A stretch of 64,000 nucleotides of DNA, from positions 1,952,001 to 2,016,000 of the forward strand of contig OY771587.1 in NCBI GenBank assembly GCA_963674825.1. The letters run 5' to 3'. Under the pieces are notes generated by a model that saw only the letters and a list, made by a program, of their open reading frames with translations, did not search any database and was not told the origin of the DNA. Position 1 is the first letter of the stretch; every line of letters begins with the position of its first letter. The stretch is from Candidatus Cloacimonadales bacterium (GTDB lineage Bacteria > Cloacimonadota > Cloacimonadia > Cloacimonadales > JAIOQZ01). The translations under genes were made by a program, and so were the position numbers. Below are positions 28,460-39,076 of this stretch, piece after piece.

Positions 28460-30244
28460 TTACTCATTCAAGCTGAATAATCTCAACGCCTCTTCAGTTA
28501 GCTCTGCGGTTCGCTTATCGATATCCTCAATGCTCCAGTGATCAGCTTGAGCTAAATTACGGTTTAACCATAAGCCATTCCTATATCCAACGTAATCATG
28601 ATTTCGATTTTGCTTATCGCGCTTATCAATGAATCCCATGTTCCCGAGAGCACTATTATATCCCGAAAGGGATAAGTTTCCCAATTTATGTGTAAATGAT
28701 TGCTGTAGCTCTAAAGCTTGCTCACGCGATTCGGCAGCGAGCATTTCTAACCATATTGTTGGCAGATTTTCACCCTGAGGTAAAATATGTTCAATTGACC
28801 AAACGAATTTCTTTTTCACTTTCTCCCACAAGTTCCGAGTAGTCTCACGTGTCATATGATCCTCTTCGATTGAGCAAAGAATAAATCGTGTTACATCAAC
28901 ATTATCTTGATATATCTGCCCTTGAAGCCTTTCCCGGAATGTGTTATCCGAAGCTGAAACATTGATCAAGACGCTTTCAATCTTCTCTCTAACTTGTCGT
29001 CCCCTAAGTGTTGAGACCTCATTGACAACTGACATAAATAGGCGAATTAAATCTCGCGTTGGAGGTGTATCAGTTAGATTACGTCGAACAAAAAACCTTA
29101 TGAGAAACTCGACTATGATTCTGATGTCTTCGTCCTGAATGTCAAGGTTGGCTCTCTCTCTCAAAAGATATAGCAATAAAAGATATGATGGAGCACCCTT
29201 TATTCTCTCCAATTTGCACAAGGGAGTTTTCAAAATATCATCTTGGTCATCTTCGTCTTGAACAAGTATTCTAGAGTAAATTCTTCCGGCATTTCGAAGA
29301 CCTTCAAAAAAAGCCTCGGCATCGTTATCAATCAGCCGTTCATATACCTGAATGAGATTAGACCTTGTTGCAATCGGCACTTGTTGAACATCCAGAAGTT
29401 CATTCTTGAAGGCATTATAGTACTGTCTGAAAAACCGCTCCTGAGTAGTATAGTCATCACTGATTAGAGTAAGAAGTTGATTCCAATTGTTGTAGGTGAC
29501 GCTATTTGCACTCTCGTCTTCACTCTCAAGACTTGCCAGAAGCTTATTTTTGATGATATCTATTGCTGTCAGCGGTATTCCGCGATTATTGAGTGACTCA
29601 AAAAGAAGGTAAGCATCAGAGCTGCTTGAAACCTCGATTTTTATCATACACGCTTGATTAAGCTTATGAATAAAGTCTTCAAGAATGTTTATTTCTCCAT
29701 TGTGTTGCTCGATCAGCCTTTTTAGTAAATAGCGGAAAAATTTAAATGCTCTATAGATTCTCCTATTGCCTGCAAATGTTGGTGAGCTATAGCCATCCAA
29801 AATGCCGATTTCTGAAAGTAAACCTCGGTAATCATCCAAATTTCTATTCTGAATCTGTGGATTTACTCTTAGAAGATTCTGCCTGCTATAAAGAATAATG
29901 CGAGGTAAATCTACCAATGCACTTTGAAGCTGAACACCAAGCACACTTTCAGCGGTGTGTAACACATTATAAATAGCTGAGTATAACAATGAGATAGTCA
30001 AAAGTCTTTGTTGTCCATCAACAACTTCAAGCTCATTTACAGAATATGCATCACGATGGTTACTAATACAAATTATAGATCCAAGGAAGTAACCAGGCTC
30101 ATTATCAAGAATATCATCAAAAAGACTCTCCCATTGAGCATATTTCCACGCATACTCTCTTTGATACCGTGGCACCTTGTATATCACTCCTGCACTTACT
30201 CCAAATAAAACAGATACAGGATAATTTGCTGCTGAGCTAATCAT
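28460..30244 (-). CDS. GmrSD-family (DUF262 + DUF1524 HNH) modification-dependent restriction endonuclease
   Basis: VPRYQREYAW, VVDGQQRL, FESLNNRGIPL, SIEHILPQ, LGNL...N; low GC. Confidence 0.9.
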   Translation of the reverse strand: MISSAANYPVSVLFGVSAGVIYKVPRYQREYAWKYAQWESLFDDILDNEPGYFLGSIICISNHRDAYSVNELEVVDGQQRLLTISLLYSAIYNVLHTAESVLGVQLQSALVDLPRIILYSRQNLLRVNPQIQNRNLDDYRGLLSEIGILDGYSSPTFAGNRRIYRAFKFFRYLLKRLIEQHNGEINILEDFIHKLNQACMIKIEVSSSSDAYLLFESLNNRGIPLTAIDIIKNKLLASLESEDESANSVTYNNWNQLLTLISDDYTTQERFFRQYYNAFKNELLDVQQVPIATRSNLIQVYERLIDNDAEAFFEGLRNAGRIYSRILVQDEDDQDDILKTPLCKLERIKGAPSYLLLLYLLRERANLDIQDEDIRIIVEFLIRFFVRRNLTDTPPTRDLIRLFMSVVNEVSTLRGRQVREKIESVLINVSASDNTFRERLQGQIYQDNVDVTRFILCSIEEDHMTRETTRNLWEKVKKKFVWSIEHILPQGENLPTIWLEMLAAESREQALELQQSFTHKLGNLSLSGYNSALGNMGFIDKRDKQNRNHDYVGYRNGLWLNRNLAQADHWSIEDIDKRTAELTEEALRLFSLNE

Positions 30245-30742
30245 GTTTCTTCCTCCTACGATACCATTTATCCCATCCCACACGTCCGCTTAAACATGTC
30301 AACTTATAAATATTATTTATAAACTTATATTCCCGTTACGTGTATCAGTCCCTTCTGGAGCATCTCAATCATCATTTTCACGATGTCTTTCAACGATTTG
30401 GTCGAATTCATTACTGCATTTTATCTACGGCAGTTATTCGAAATTCTCGAATAACTGAATCATCTGATAATTCTCCAATTGTGAATATCCTCTTCAAATG
30501 ATATTAGTTCATTGCGTCTTTATTACCGGCACGAAAAAATTTCTGTATTCTCAAATCGTAATATATGCCTCGAGAACTCCGTGGCCGCAATCCATCCCAC
30601 ACCCACGCTTCTAAACCATTCTTGCCGTTTCTAACGATTAGGTCACCATCGAAAACCATTGACACAATCGATCAACGAACTCATCCTATCTCCAGAAGCG
30701 CATCGGGGTATCATCACCAGAGCGGTGCGTGGAATGTAGGCG

Positions 30743-30919
30743 ATGGGCGACATCACCTACATCCGCCTGCGGCGCGGGTTCGCCTACCTTTCGCTGACCT
30801 CGGATCAGTACTCGGATGCAATCCTGGGATATTCGCTACTACCCGACTTGCGCACGCATGGTCCCGCGCTTTCGCTGCAACAGGCAATTAAGACGCTCCG
30901 CATTGCAGATCGCATGTAG
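30743..30919 (+). pseudogene. IS3-family transposase (rve core) remnant
   Basis: GDITYIRLRRGFAYLSLTSDQYSDAILGYS resembles the IS3 W.DITY...YL...D..SR.I.G core. Confidence 0.75.
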
Positions 30920-31107
30920 TAACCCTCAGCGGCAAGGGTGGCCCAAGTATACATGATGATGATGAATGTGAATTACTTCCTCTATACTACAATTGCTATC
31001 AAATTGATACGTCAGTAATACGCCTCGGCCTTCTTAAGCTCGATCATGCAATTGATGGCAATGCCGGTGATAATGGTCGGTATGTCGACATCACTGGTGA
31101 TTATACG

Positions 31108-34100
31108 ATGGGCGGTCTAGCACCGTATAAAACAAACGAATGCAACATAAACGCAATCTTCGGATGTGAAAGCGGTTGGTTACGAAGCTGGGACCACCAT
31201 TTGCCATCCGAATATGTTGATTACCCATACAAACTTGACCTGAGTGAGCCAGTTATCTCAAACACCAGCCATAATAAGTTCCGCGCAGATGTCACCAATA
31301 ATGTCAATTATAACTGGGCTGAAAATAATTTGGTTAGTATCGTGGATATTCCTGAGAATACCACAATTGAAGCAGTCTTCGCAAACGGTTACATGAGAGA
31401 TCAAGACATTGATCCCGAGGAATCCATCGTTTCCGTCAATTTTGAAAGGCTCCAAGCACATCCAAATTACACCATCGGTTTTCGATATCATGGCATTGAC
31501 AATATACCACACACCATGAAAATCAATCATGTTAGCATCTTGGAACAAACTCCCGTGGTTATACCGTTTGACATGTCGTTAGATATTGGCCCAGGAGAGT
31601 CATATACAATAGACGATAATGATGCTTGTTACACAAGCATCACAATTCGCAACGGCGGCACATTGTTTGTCGATGCATCGAACGTCTTTACTGAGCAGCT
31701 CGTGCTGTACAATGGATCGGAGCTGAATATGCAAGATAATTCCGATCTTGACGCTTATAAGTGCGAATGCATCAATGAAGAAACGTTCCTTGATGCTGCC
31801 GTTATCAATACCGAAGGTGACGGGGACCTGGATATTGAATCGGTAATGATTTTCGGATCCGACCAAGAGACCAACCCCGCCTGTTGTGAATTATACGGCA
31901 ATAATCAGAACAACATGACAATCTACAGGCTCTATATGGGTGAAGATGATAGGTTCGAAATCCTTGAAACAAATAACCCCACCGGCTCTGAAGCCTCTTT
32001 ACTTGTCTCAAAAGCTGACGACATGAATGGCGATATCTCTATTGAGAGCAACATGGCAATCACAAACAACGTGAATCTGGCTGACGGAGGCAGCATTTCG
32101 GTGCAAGCGGGAGGAAAGCTGTTTTTAATCCCGGAAGACGATAACCTGGATTTCACTGCATCGATTACGCTCGAAGGAGCAAACTCATATTTCATGGTTC
32201 AGGACGATGCGTCTCTGATCGTAAGAAGCAGAGCATCCCTGAGTGCGTATGACAGCAGTGCAATCGCGAATATTCAAGGTACGCTTATACTGGAGGATTT
32301 CGCTGAGTTTACGCACTATTCAGGTGTTCTATACATGCAACAAAATACCAACATCGAGCTTTCTGGCCGTTCCATGCTCCATGTGACCAACAATGGCGTT
32401 TTAAAGCTTGGTAATGGTGTCACCATCACCGGCGCAACGGCTAAAAACGATGCCGTCAATCTCCCCGGCGATCGCATCGTGATTGACGAAGGTGGAGATC
32501 TGAAATCTGACAATGCCATATCATCGAATCATATCTGCAACATCACCGTTCATTCGTCAGACGAGCAATGGGAAGGAATCGCGTACGATTCTCCGACGCA
32601 TTGGATGAAATTGTTTATAGACTGGGATGTGTCAGATGTTGATAAACTTCTATTTACAGGTAACAGCAATCCCAGCGCAAAAATCAAATTCCTGAATTGT
32701 CATATTTCGGATTGTACTTACGGAATCAGAGCTCAAGAAATCACAGAGGTTTTTCTGGACGCTACGCGAATAGAAGGCTGTGAATATGGCTTGTTTGCAT
32801 CCGGGATCGTTGATGTGACTCTGACCGTTTTTCAGGGGAATACAGACAATGCTGTCTTCGACGGAAATGTTTATGGAGTTGTGATTAAGGATGCGGATAA
32901 TGGTGGAGGTACATATGGTTGTCCCGAAATAATCAACGCATATGACTTCATAAACAATACAGAAGCGGCGATTACATACACAAACAGCTTCATCAATATC
33001 ACGGGAGTTGATAATGAAAATATGAGTCTTTTTCAAAACAATAAAATAGGTATTGATGGTTCTATCGCGAATCCGTCATACGTATCTTTAATCGAGTATT
33101 GCAGATTCACAGGCAATACAAGTGATGCCCTATATTTGTCTGATCAATGTATCCGCATTGATAATAACAAAATATATGAAAATGGGCGAAACGGCTTGTG
33201 GGGGTATCAAGGATCCATGCAGGAGTTGAGCAGCAATCACATATACGACAATGGAGGAGCGGAAATTATCGGTTGCCGTGATTTTCTTGAAGGAATGAAA
33301 GATGGCAATAATACGGTAAGTGACGATGCCTATGTTTCCATTTTTCATTCGGATCCTCCGGATTACTGGGATGCTTCAGTAATGGACCAATATATCCTTG
33401 TAAAGACTGATCTTATAATGACACGCTCAGCCGATGTATCTGGTAATGATTTTCCGAACATTACTGATCCCGGATTTGAGGACAGGCTTTATCCTTCATA
33501 CTTCGCTTTCAATTTCGAGGAGGGGCAAATTAACGGTGTTGAGGAATTGTATGCGAGCGGTATTTCCGATTTCGAATCGGAGAATTATACGAGCGCAAAA
33601 TATACTCTGACGCTCTTGGTAACAGATTATCCAGAATCGAAAGAAGCGATTTCCGCTCTGATCTATTTCCTCTACATTACCGCTAAAACGGATCAGGATT
33701 ACGAGACCTTGCGCCAGGAACTGAACGCTTTGGTTTCGGAGGATTATCCAGACCTCTATAAAGAGAAAGAGTACGTCATCACGCAGTCGTATCTCTACGA
33801 GAAAAACTACACCGAAGTGATCGAACGGCTGGAAGAGACGATCGAATCACCCGACACAAAGATGGATAGCGTTGTCGCGGTTGCAACCGAGGGATATTGC
33901 TACGTACAGCTTGCTGAGAGTGGAGACCGTGCGTTGCCGCAACAATGTACGGTGAGAACAAAGACATTCGAGGAATATCTCGAATACATGAGAAACCTTC
34001 GGATGGTTTTGGATAGTGGAGCCAAAACTCAAGAAGCACCTGCTTTCAAGTTTTCGCTTGACGCCAACTATCCCAACCCCTTCAATCCAACTACGACGAT

Positions 34101-34323
34101 CTCGTTCTCGATCCCGAAGGACGACAAGGTCGAGCTGAAGGTCTATAACATCAAAGGACAGCTCGTAAAGACATTGGTGAATGACCACCTCGAAGCCGGA
34201 ATGCACAAGGCTGTCTGGAATGGCGATAACCAGCTTGGTAAGAGTGTATCGTCGGGCATCTACCTGTACCGCCTCGAATCCTGCGGGAAATCGAAGGCAC
34301 AGAAGATGCTGTTACTCAAGTAA
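31108..34323 (+). CDS. Large beta-helix protein with TPR-like segment and C-terminal CTD; probably 5'-truncated
   Basis: Parallel beta-helix repeats, NYPNPFNPTTTI...KMLLLK; no signal peptide; frame open upstream to 30892, into the IS3 remnant. Confidence 0.7.
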   Translation: MGGLAPYKTNECNINAIFGCESGWLRSWDHHLPSEYVDYPYKLDLSEPVISNTSHNKFRADVTNNVNYNWAENNLVSIVDIPENTTIEAVFANGYMRDQDIDPEESIVSVNFERLQAHPNYTIGFRYHGIDNIPHTMKINHVSILEQTPVVIPFDMSLDIGPGESYTIDDNDACYTSITIRNGGTLFVDASNVFTEQLVLYNGSELNMQDNSDLDAYKCECINEETFLDAAVINTEGDGDLDIESVMIFGSDQETNPACCELYGNNQNNMTIYRLYMGEDDRFEILETNNPTGSEASLLVSKADDMNGDISIESNMAITNNVNLADGGSISVQAGGKLFLIPEDDNLDFTASITLEGANSYFMVQDDASLIVRSRASLSAYDSSAIANIQGTLILEDFAEFTHYSGVLYMQQNTNIELSGRSMLHVTNNGVLKLGNGVTITGATAKNDAVNLPGDRIVIDEGGDLKSDNAISSNHICNITVHSSDEQWEGIAYDSPTHWMKLFIDWDVSDVDKLLFTGNSNPSAKIKFLNCHISDCTYGIRAQEITEVFLDATRIEGCEYGLFASGIVDVTLTVFQGNTDNAVFDGNVYGVVIKDADNGGGTYGCPEIINAYDFINNTEAAITYTNSFINITGVDNENMSLFQNNKIGIDGSIANPSYVSLIEYCRFTGNTSDALYLSDQCIRIDNNKIYENGRNGLWGYQGSMQELSSNHIYDNGGAEIIGCRDFLEGMKDGNNTVSDDAYVSIFHSDPPDYWDASVMDQYILVKTDLIMTRSADVSGNDFPNITDPGFEDRLYPSYFAFNFEEGQINGVEELYASGISDFESENYTSAKYTLTLLVTDYPESKEAISALIYFLYITAKTDQDYETLRQELNALVSEDYPDLYKEKEYVITQSYLYEKNYTEVIERLEETIESPDTKMDSVVAVATEGYCYVQLAESGDRALPQQCTVRTKTFEEYLEYMRNLRMVLDSGAKTQEAPAFKFSLDANYPNPFNPTTTISFSIPKDDKVELKVYNIKGQLVKTLVNDHLEAGMHKAVWNGDNQLGKSVSSGIYLYRLESCGKSKAQKMLLLK

Positions 34324-34331
34324 CATAACGC

Positions 34332-34402
34332 GTCATGCTGAGTAACTCGTGTGTCATCCTGAGCGTAGTCGAAGGATAACACGAGTTTATCAAAGCATAG
34401 AC
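34332..34402. repeat. Nested REP-like palindromic element
   Basis: GTCATGCT..AACTCGTGT..ATCCT-GAGCGTAGTCGA-AGGAT..ACACGAGTT..AGCATAGAC. Confidence 0.65.
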
Positions 34403-34411
34403 TACAATCTA

Positions 34412-34457
34412 CCTCTCTCCTCCCTCTCCCGTTTACGGGAGAGGGCCGGGGTGAGGG
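34412..34457. repeat. CCCTCTCCC/GGGAGAGGG REP-like hairpin
   Basis: CCCTCTCCC-GTTTAC-GGGAGAGGG-CCGGGGTGAGGG. Confidence 0.65.
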
Positions 34458-34546
34458 CTTTTTCGGCTTTCACAAAGTGAAAACGAAAACATGAGCGTTG
34501 TGAATTCGCACAATGAATTCATGTTAGCGGAATATGGAGACATTAA

Positions 34547-36646
34547 ATGAAACGAGCCCTGTTTTTCATCCTGCTCTCAATCACGCTCCTGTACGCTCTT
34601 GACATTGCTGAAGACACGACATGGGGTCCAGAGGATAACCCGTATATCTTCGATGAGAACGTCAATGTGCTCGAAGGCGCTACGTTAACCATTCTCCCAG
34701 GATGCGAAATCCTGATGAAAGCTATGCCCTCCGGAGCCAGCGGACTTTTCTATGTCACGGACAGCGGAGAAGCCCATGCGAAGATCTTTCATGTATATGG
34801 AAAAATCGTCGCGATCGGAACCGAAGACGAGCCGATCACATTCACCCGCAATCCAGATACGGAAGGCTTTGCCTGGGGCGGTATCTTTGTTGACGAAACG
34901 GCGGATACCCCGGTTTTCGAATACTGCGAACTAATGGGCGTGTATCGCAATGTGTTCACCGACGGATCAAAAACGGTTGGCGGTATTTGCGTACGTGGCT
35001 GCGATTTCCGGATCAAATACTGCACTTTCACGAACTGCAAAGCTGGCATCACGTATCAGAACCTGCCGTGCGATGTAATGATCTACGGCAACACATTCAC
35101 AAAGACGGAGCCGGGGCAATACGCCACCGATATTTACTATGATGCCATCAATGGCTACTCCGATTGGGAATATAGTTCATCCCCGCAAATCATTATTGCA
35201 AGAAATCGTCTTATCAATATCACGAGAAGCTATAACGAAATATATCATGGAGGTGGCGGGATAAAATTATGGATATTCAATTATCATTATAACTCTCCAG
35301 ATTCCGATGATAATTTCGAAGATGAAGCTAACAACGAGAGAAATCAGTCGATGACGTGTGTATATGGAGGAAAGTACATTATAAATGGCATAAGTGGAGG
35401 TGGAGGCGAAATCGATAATATGAGTTATTTCAGGAAAACATACGTATCATACCCACTGGAAGGCTTCCCGGGTGGTACCGTTAGCTCAGGCTTTCATGTC
35501 ATTTCAGATAATATCTTTTTTGGTAATGTCGCTATTGGTGATTATGCTGCCGATTCGACAGTTGTGTGTAATAATGTGGTGTGCAAGCCGAATAGCGATG
35601 ATGACGATGAATTTTATGAGCCAGAAAATCCTTTCACCATATTCAATAACCTGATTACTGGATATACAAGGCTATATCCAACATTTGCAGATGGCGTCAT
35701 ATATAATAACACACTGTTTTCAGATAACCCCTGCTGTCTTGCTTCTTGCCATTTTGACCTGCAAGCATATAATAACATATTCTGCGCAGCAGAAGAAATT
35801 ATGTCATCGGGTGGACCAGCAACAGTCCTGAGCTACAATTTCATGAACCACCCGTTACCTGATTATGTCACCGACGGCGGCGGCAACATCATTGGCGACG
35901 ACCCGATGTTCGCCGATACGCTGAACGGAGATTACAGCCTTGCGGAGGGCAGCCCATGCATCGATGCCGGTATGCCGGACGGGAATTACCCGCCCACGGA
36001 CATCCTGGGTAACGTCCGTGTATGGGATGGCGACGGCGACGGAACCGCAACCATCGATATCGGCGCATTCGAGTACGGCGCACCATTCTGGGGCGGCATC
36101 GAGGGGTATGTGTACGAAGAGGACGGCGAAACTCCGCTCGATATTGCCAAAATAACCGTCGATGGCGTGCAGTTCCCAGAGTGGAGCGACAGCACCGGCT
36201 GGTTCCGCATCCTGACCGGTCCCGGTACCTTCACCCTCAATGTGGAACGCATGTACTACGAGGGCCAGCAGGTCAGCGGCATCGTGGTGGAGCAGGGCGC
36301 GGCAACCTACCGCGAAATCACCATGCAAAGCCTCGCAGCGCACGACTACGACAACCTTATCCAGCAATACACCGTCACCATGGAACAGAATTCACCCAAC
36401 CCCTTCAATCCCACCACGACCATCTCGTTCTCGATCCCGAAGGACGATAAGGTCGAGTTGAAGGTGTACAACATCAAAGGGCAGTTGGTAAAAACGCTGG
36501 TCAACGACCACCTCAAAGCCGGATCGCACAAGGCTGTCTGGAATGGCGATAACCAATCCGGCAAGAACGTATCGTCGGGCATCTACCTGTACCGGCTGGA
36601 ATCGGGTGGAAGAGCTATCACAAGGAAGATGCTGCTGTTGAAATAG
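34547..36646 (+). CDS. Secreted beta-helix protein with choice-of-anchor-Q-like and carboxypeptidase-regulatory-like domains and CTD
   Basis: Signal peptide; V.EGATLTI.PG; DYSLAEGSPCIDAG...IDIGAFEY; QNSPNPFNPTTTI. Confidence 0.8.
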   Translation: MKRALFFILLSITLLYALDIAEDTTWGPEDNPYIFDENVNVLEGATLTILPGCEILMKAMPSGASGLFYVTDSGEAHAKIFHVYGKIVAIGTEDEPITFTRNPDTEGFAWGGIFVDETADTPVFEYCELMGVYRNVFTDGSKTVGGICVRGCDFRIKYCTFTNCKAGITYQNLPCDVMIYGNTFTKTEPGQYATDIYYDAINGYSDWEYSSSPQIIIARNRLINITRSYNEIYHGGGGIKLWIFNYHYNSPDSDDNFEDEANNERNQSMTCVYGGKYIINGISGGGGEIDNMSYFRKTYVSYPLEGFPGGTVSSGFHVISDNIFFGNVAIGDYAADSTVVCNNVVCKPNSDDDDEFYEPENPFTIFNNLITGYTRLYPTFADGVIYNNTLFSDNPCCLASCHFDLQAYNNIFCAAEEIMSSGGPATVLSYNFMNHPLPDYVTDGGGNIIGDDPMFADTLNGDYSLAEGSPCIDAGMPDGNYPPTDILGNVRVWDGDGDGTATIDIGAFEYGAPFWGGIEGYVYEEDGETPLDIAKITVDGVQFPEWSDSTGWFRILTGPGTFTLNVERMYYEGQQVSGIVVEQGAATYREITMQSLAAHDYDNLIQQYTVTMEQNSPNPFNPTTTISFSIPKDDKVELKVYNIKGQLVKTLVNDHLKAGSHKAVWNGDNQSGKNVSSGIYLYRLESGGRAITRKMLLLK

Positions 36647-36784
36647 TGACAAATTATAGTAACCCATCATTCCCGGCATGCCAGACATCACATAGTTATC
36701 CATTCGTAACATAAAATTGAATTGACAGATATTACTCACAACCTGAACTGAACCATTCCTAATCGTTCTTCTGGGAGATAACAC

Positions 36785-39076
36785 ATGGAAGCTTTAGGCT
36801 GCTTATTTGTTTTAGCTATTATTTTTCTGATAATAAAAGCTTTTATCGGCAAGAAAGATAATAAGCATATTCGTCAACAGCAACAGCAGGACGATACTCC
36901 CATTCACTGGCTTGTCGAGTCAATTCAGAATGTAGAGTCTGAACGTATGCGATACGAATCCAACTCATTTCGCATTACCGATTGCTGGATACCTGCAGGC
37001 TTGGAATGTACGGTCGGCGCTTACACAATACCGGGTGGAATGATTTATGTGGGCAAAGCACCTAATAATACCGGAAACAATCCTATATATCCTGCCCTTA
37101 TCGATCCTCGATTAGCAATTAATGAACAACGCCCAGATAAACAAGGATCAACTTTATCATATTATCCAAGTTATTCATCGATCTCTCCTCAAGCTAGAGC
37201 AGCTTATCTCGAGTGGTTAGTAAAAGGCAGGCAAGATCCTGATACTCCAATTGGATACGTATTTCTCTTCTTTTACGGACTTGAAAGAAGACTGTTGGTT
37301 GATCTCAAGGATAAGCACCAACATCAAGAAAAAGATGCTATACTGAATGAAGTGTTACGTCTGTTATCGATCTACCATGATAATTGGTCGTTTCGGAATT
37401 ATGCCCATGACTTTCTCGTATATGTACTTACAAAGCTTGAGAGATGGAATGATATTATTGATCTATACAAAGATTTTAGGGTAAGAGGTCTTAATGAAAT
37501 ACCTGTATCATTTCGTATCGGTATAGCGCAATATATTAGTAGTGAACAACCTATTCCTGCCGAATGGGCTCTAGAATGGGTAAGATTAGAGCCATTCTCA
37601 AATTTGCGCACTCCTGCTCAGCGCTGTTATTGTGAACTGCAAAAGCTGTTTGCTTTTCGATATTATAAGATGTACGATAAGGGAGTAAGCATCAGTCCCA
37701 ATAAAACTTTTATAAAAGTGAAATATCATCCTGCGAGTCAAGCCCTGTATTCAAGGAGCTATTCCAGACAAACCACATTTCCAGATATCGGAAAACTCAC
37801 ACAACCGATATCTAAATTCCGTCCCATCGTTGAGGGGTGTATCGACGAGCTGGATGCTTACAGCCGCTATCTCGGGCGTCATCCGGATGATAGGGAAAGC
37901 CTTCCGGCGATGGCGTTACTCCCAAAATCACTACTCACACTGTCGGATAATTCCAGGCTTGTTACAACGAAGGTACTACTACAGAGCATCATCACGGATG
38001 AAGGAACAGGCTTTATTACTTTGAAAGATATCCTGAACATTTGGGATATCCTCACGGAAAAGCGTATCGCCAAGAAAGACCTCACGTCCATCGCACTATT
38101 GTTGGAAGGCTTGGGATTCGGGATAGAACCCGATCCAAGATTTTCGGGAACAAGCATGAATCCGGAGGATCCGGTGATCGTGTTTCTCTGGCGCGAGGGC
38201 GTTCCGAGTTCTCCCGGTTCGGAATACGCCGAATCGTTGTTGAGGTTGCAGATCAGTGCCATGATATGTCTTGCTGATCAGGTCGTTTCTGCTTCAGAGC
38301 AACAGCACCTTCAACAACTGATAAATGGTTTCAGCAATCTGACCGAAGGAGAGAAAAGGCGTTTGGGTGCTCATCTGAAATGGTTTGTCAAAGCATGCCC
38401 AAGCCGAACCGATTTATTTAAAAAACTGGAGAAGTTGCCGGAAAACCAAAAGTATCTTGTCGCTGATTTCCTCCTCGAAGTTGCACGTGTCGATGGCAAC
38501 ATCGATCCTGAAGAAGTAAAACTGCTATCGAAACTCTATTCCAAAATGGGACTCTCCGAAGAAGAACTTCATACATCCATCCACCAATCTTTTACGCGCC
38601 ATCGTGAGCCGACAGAACCTGTAACAATCAAGGATGCCGATCCAACGGAAGAGTCGTATGCAATTCCTGAAGAAGCACAGAAGGAACGGGGCGTAACGCT
38701 TGATCTTGATGCTATTCAACGGAAAAAGAAAGAAACGGCGGCCGTGACCAACCTTCTTCACAACATATTCACGGAAGATGAACCAGAATCGGTACCGACT
38801 GCACCCATCCATTCGATGAACGACAGCACCATAAGGGGACTGAGTCCCGAGATGTCTGATTTCCTGCGGGCATTGGGGAAAAAATCGGTATGGTCTCGAC
38901 AGGACATCGAAGAGCTGGCACAACGATGCGGTTTGATGCCTGATGGAACAATCGAAGATATCAATGATCTTGCCTATGATATTGCGGATGAACCGCTCTT
39001 GGAGGAAGATGAGGATATGATCATCAATCAAGAAATATACAAGGAGCTAATGCGTGGAGAAAACAGCGAAGATTAA
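36785..39076 (+). CDS. TerB_N/TerB/TerB_C protein (Shango SngA-like)
   Basis: N-terminal TM; YYPSYSSISPQARAAYLEWL, GYVFLFFYGLERR; TerB motifs ADQVVSASE and VDGNIDPEE. Confidence 0.85.
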   Translation: MEALGCLFVLAIIFLIIKAFIGKKDNKHIRQQQQQDDTPIHWLVESIQNVESERMRYESNSFRITDCWIPAGLECTVGAYTIPGGMIYVGKAPNNTGNNPIYPALIDPRLAINEQRPDKQGSTLSYYPSYSSISPQARAAYLEWLVKGRQDPDTPIGYVFLFFYGLERRLLVDLKDKHQHQEKDAILNEVLRLLSIYHDNWSFRNYAHDFLVYVLTKLERWNDIIDLYKDFRVRGLNEIPVSFRIGIAQYISSEQPIPAEWALEWVRLEPFSNLRTPAQRCYCELQKLFAFRYYKMYDKGVSISPNKTFIKVKYHPASQALYSRSYSRQTTFPDIGKLTQPISKFRPIVEGCIDELDAYSRYLGRHPDDRESLPAMALLPKSLLTLSDNSRLVTTKVLLQSIITDEGTGFITLKDILNIWDILTEKRIAKKDLTSIALLLEGLGFGIEPDPRFSGTSMNPEDPVIVFLWREGVPSSPGSEYAESLLRLQISAMICLADQVVSASEQQHLQQLINGFSNLTEGEKRRLGAHLKWFVKACPSRTDLFKKLEKLPENQKYLVADFLLEVARVDGNIDPEEVKLLSKLYSKMGLSEEELHTSIHQSFTRHREPTEPVTIKDADPTEESYAIPEEAQKERGVTLDLDAIQRKKKETAAVTNLLHNIFTEDEPESVPTAPIHSMNDSTIRGLSPEMSDFLRALGKKSVWSRQDIEELAQRCGLMPDGTIEDINDLAYDIADEPLLEEDEDMIINQEIYKELMRGENSED

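Noticed and set aside
34072..36646. Duplicated 3' gene ends as a diversity-generating retroelement TR/VR pair
   Set aside because: Differences are mainly synonymous and involve all bases rather than being adenine-specific; no reverse transcriptase in the window.
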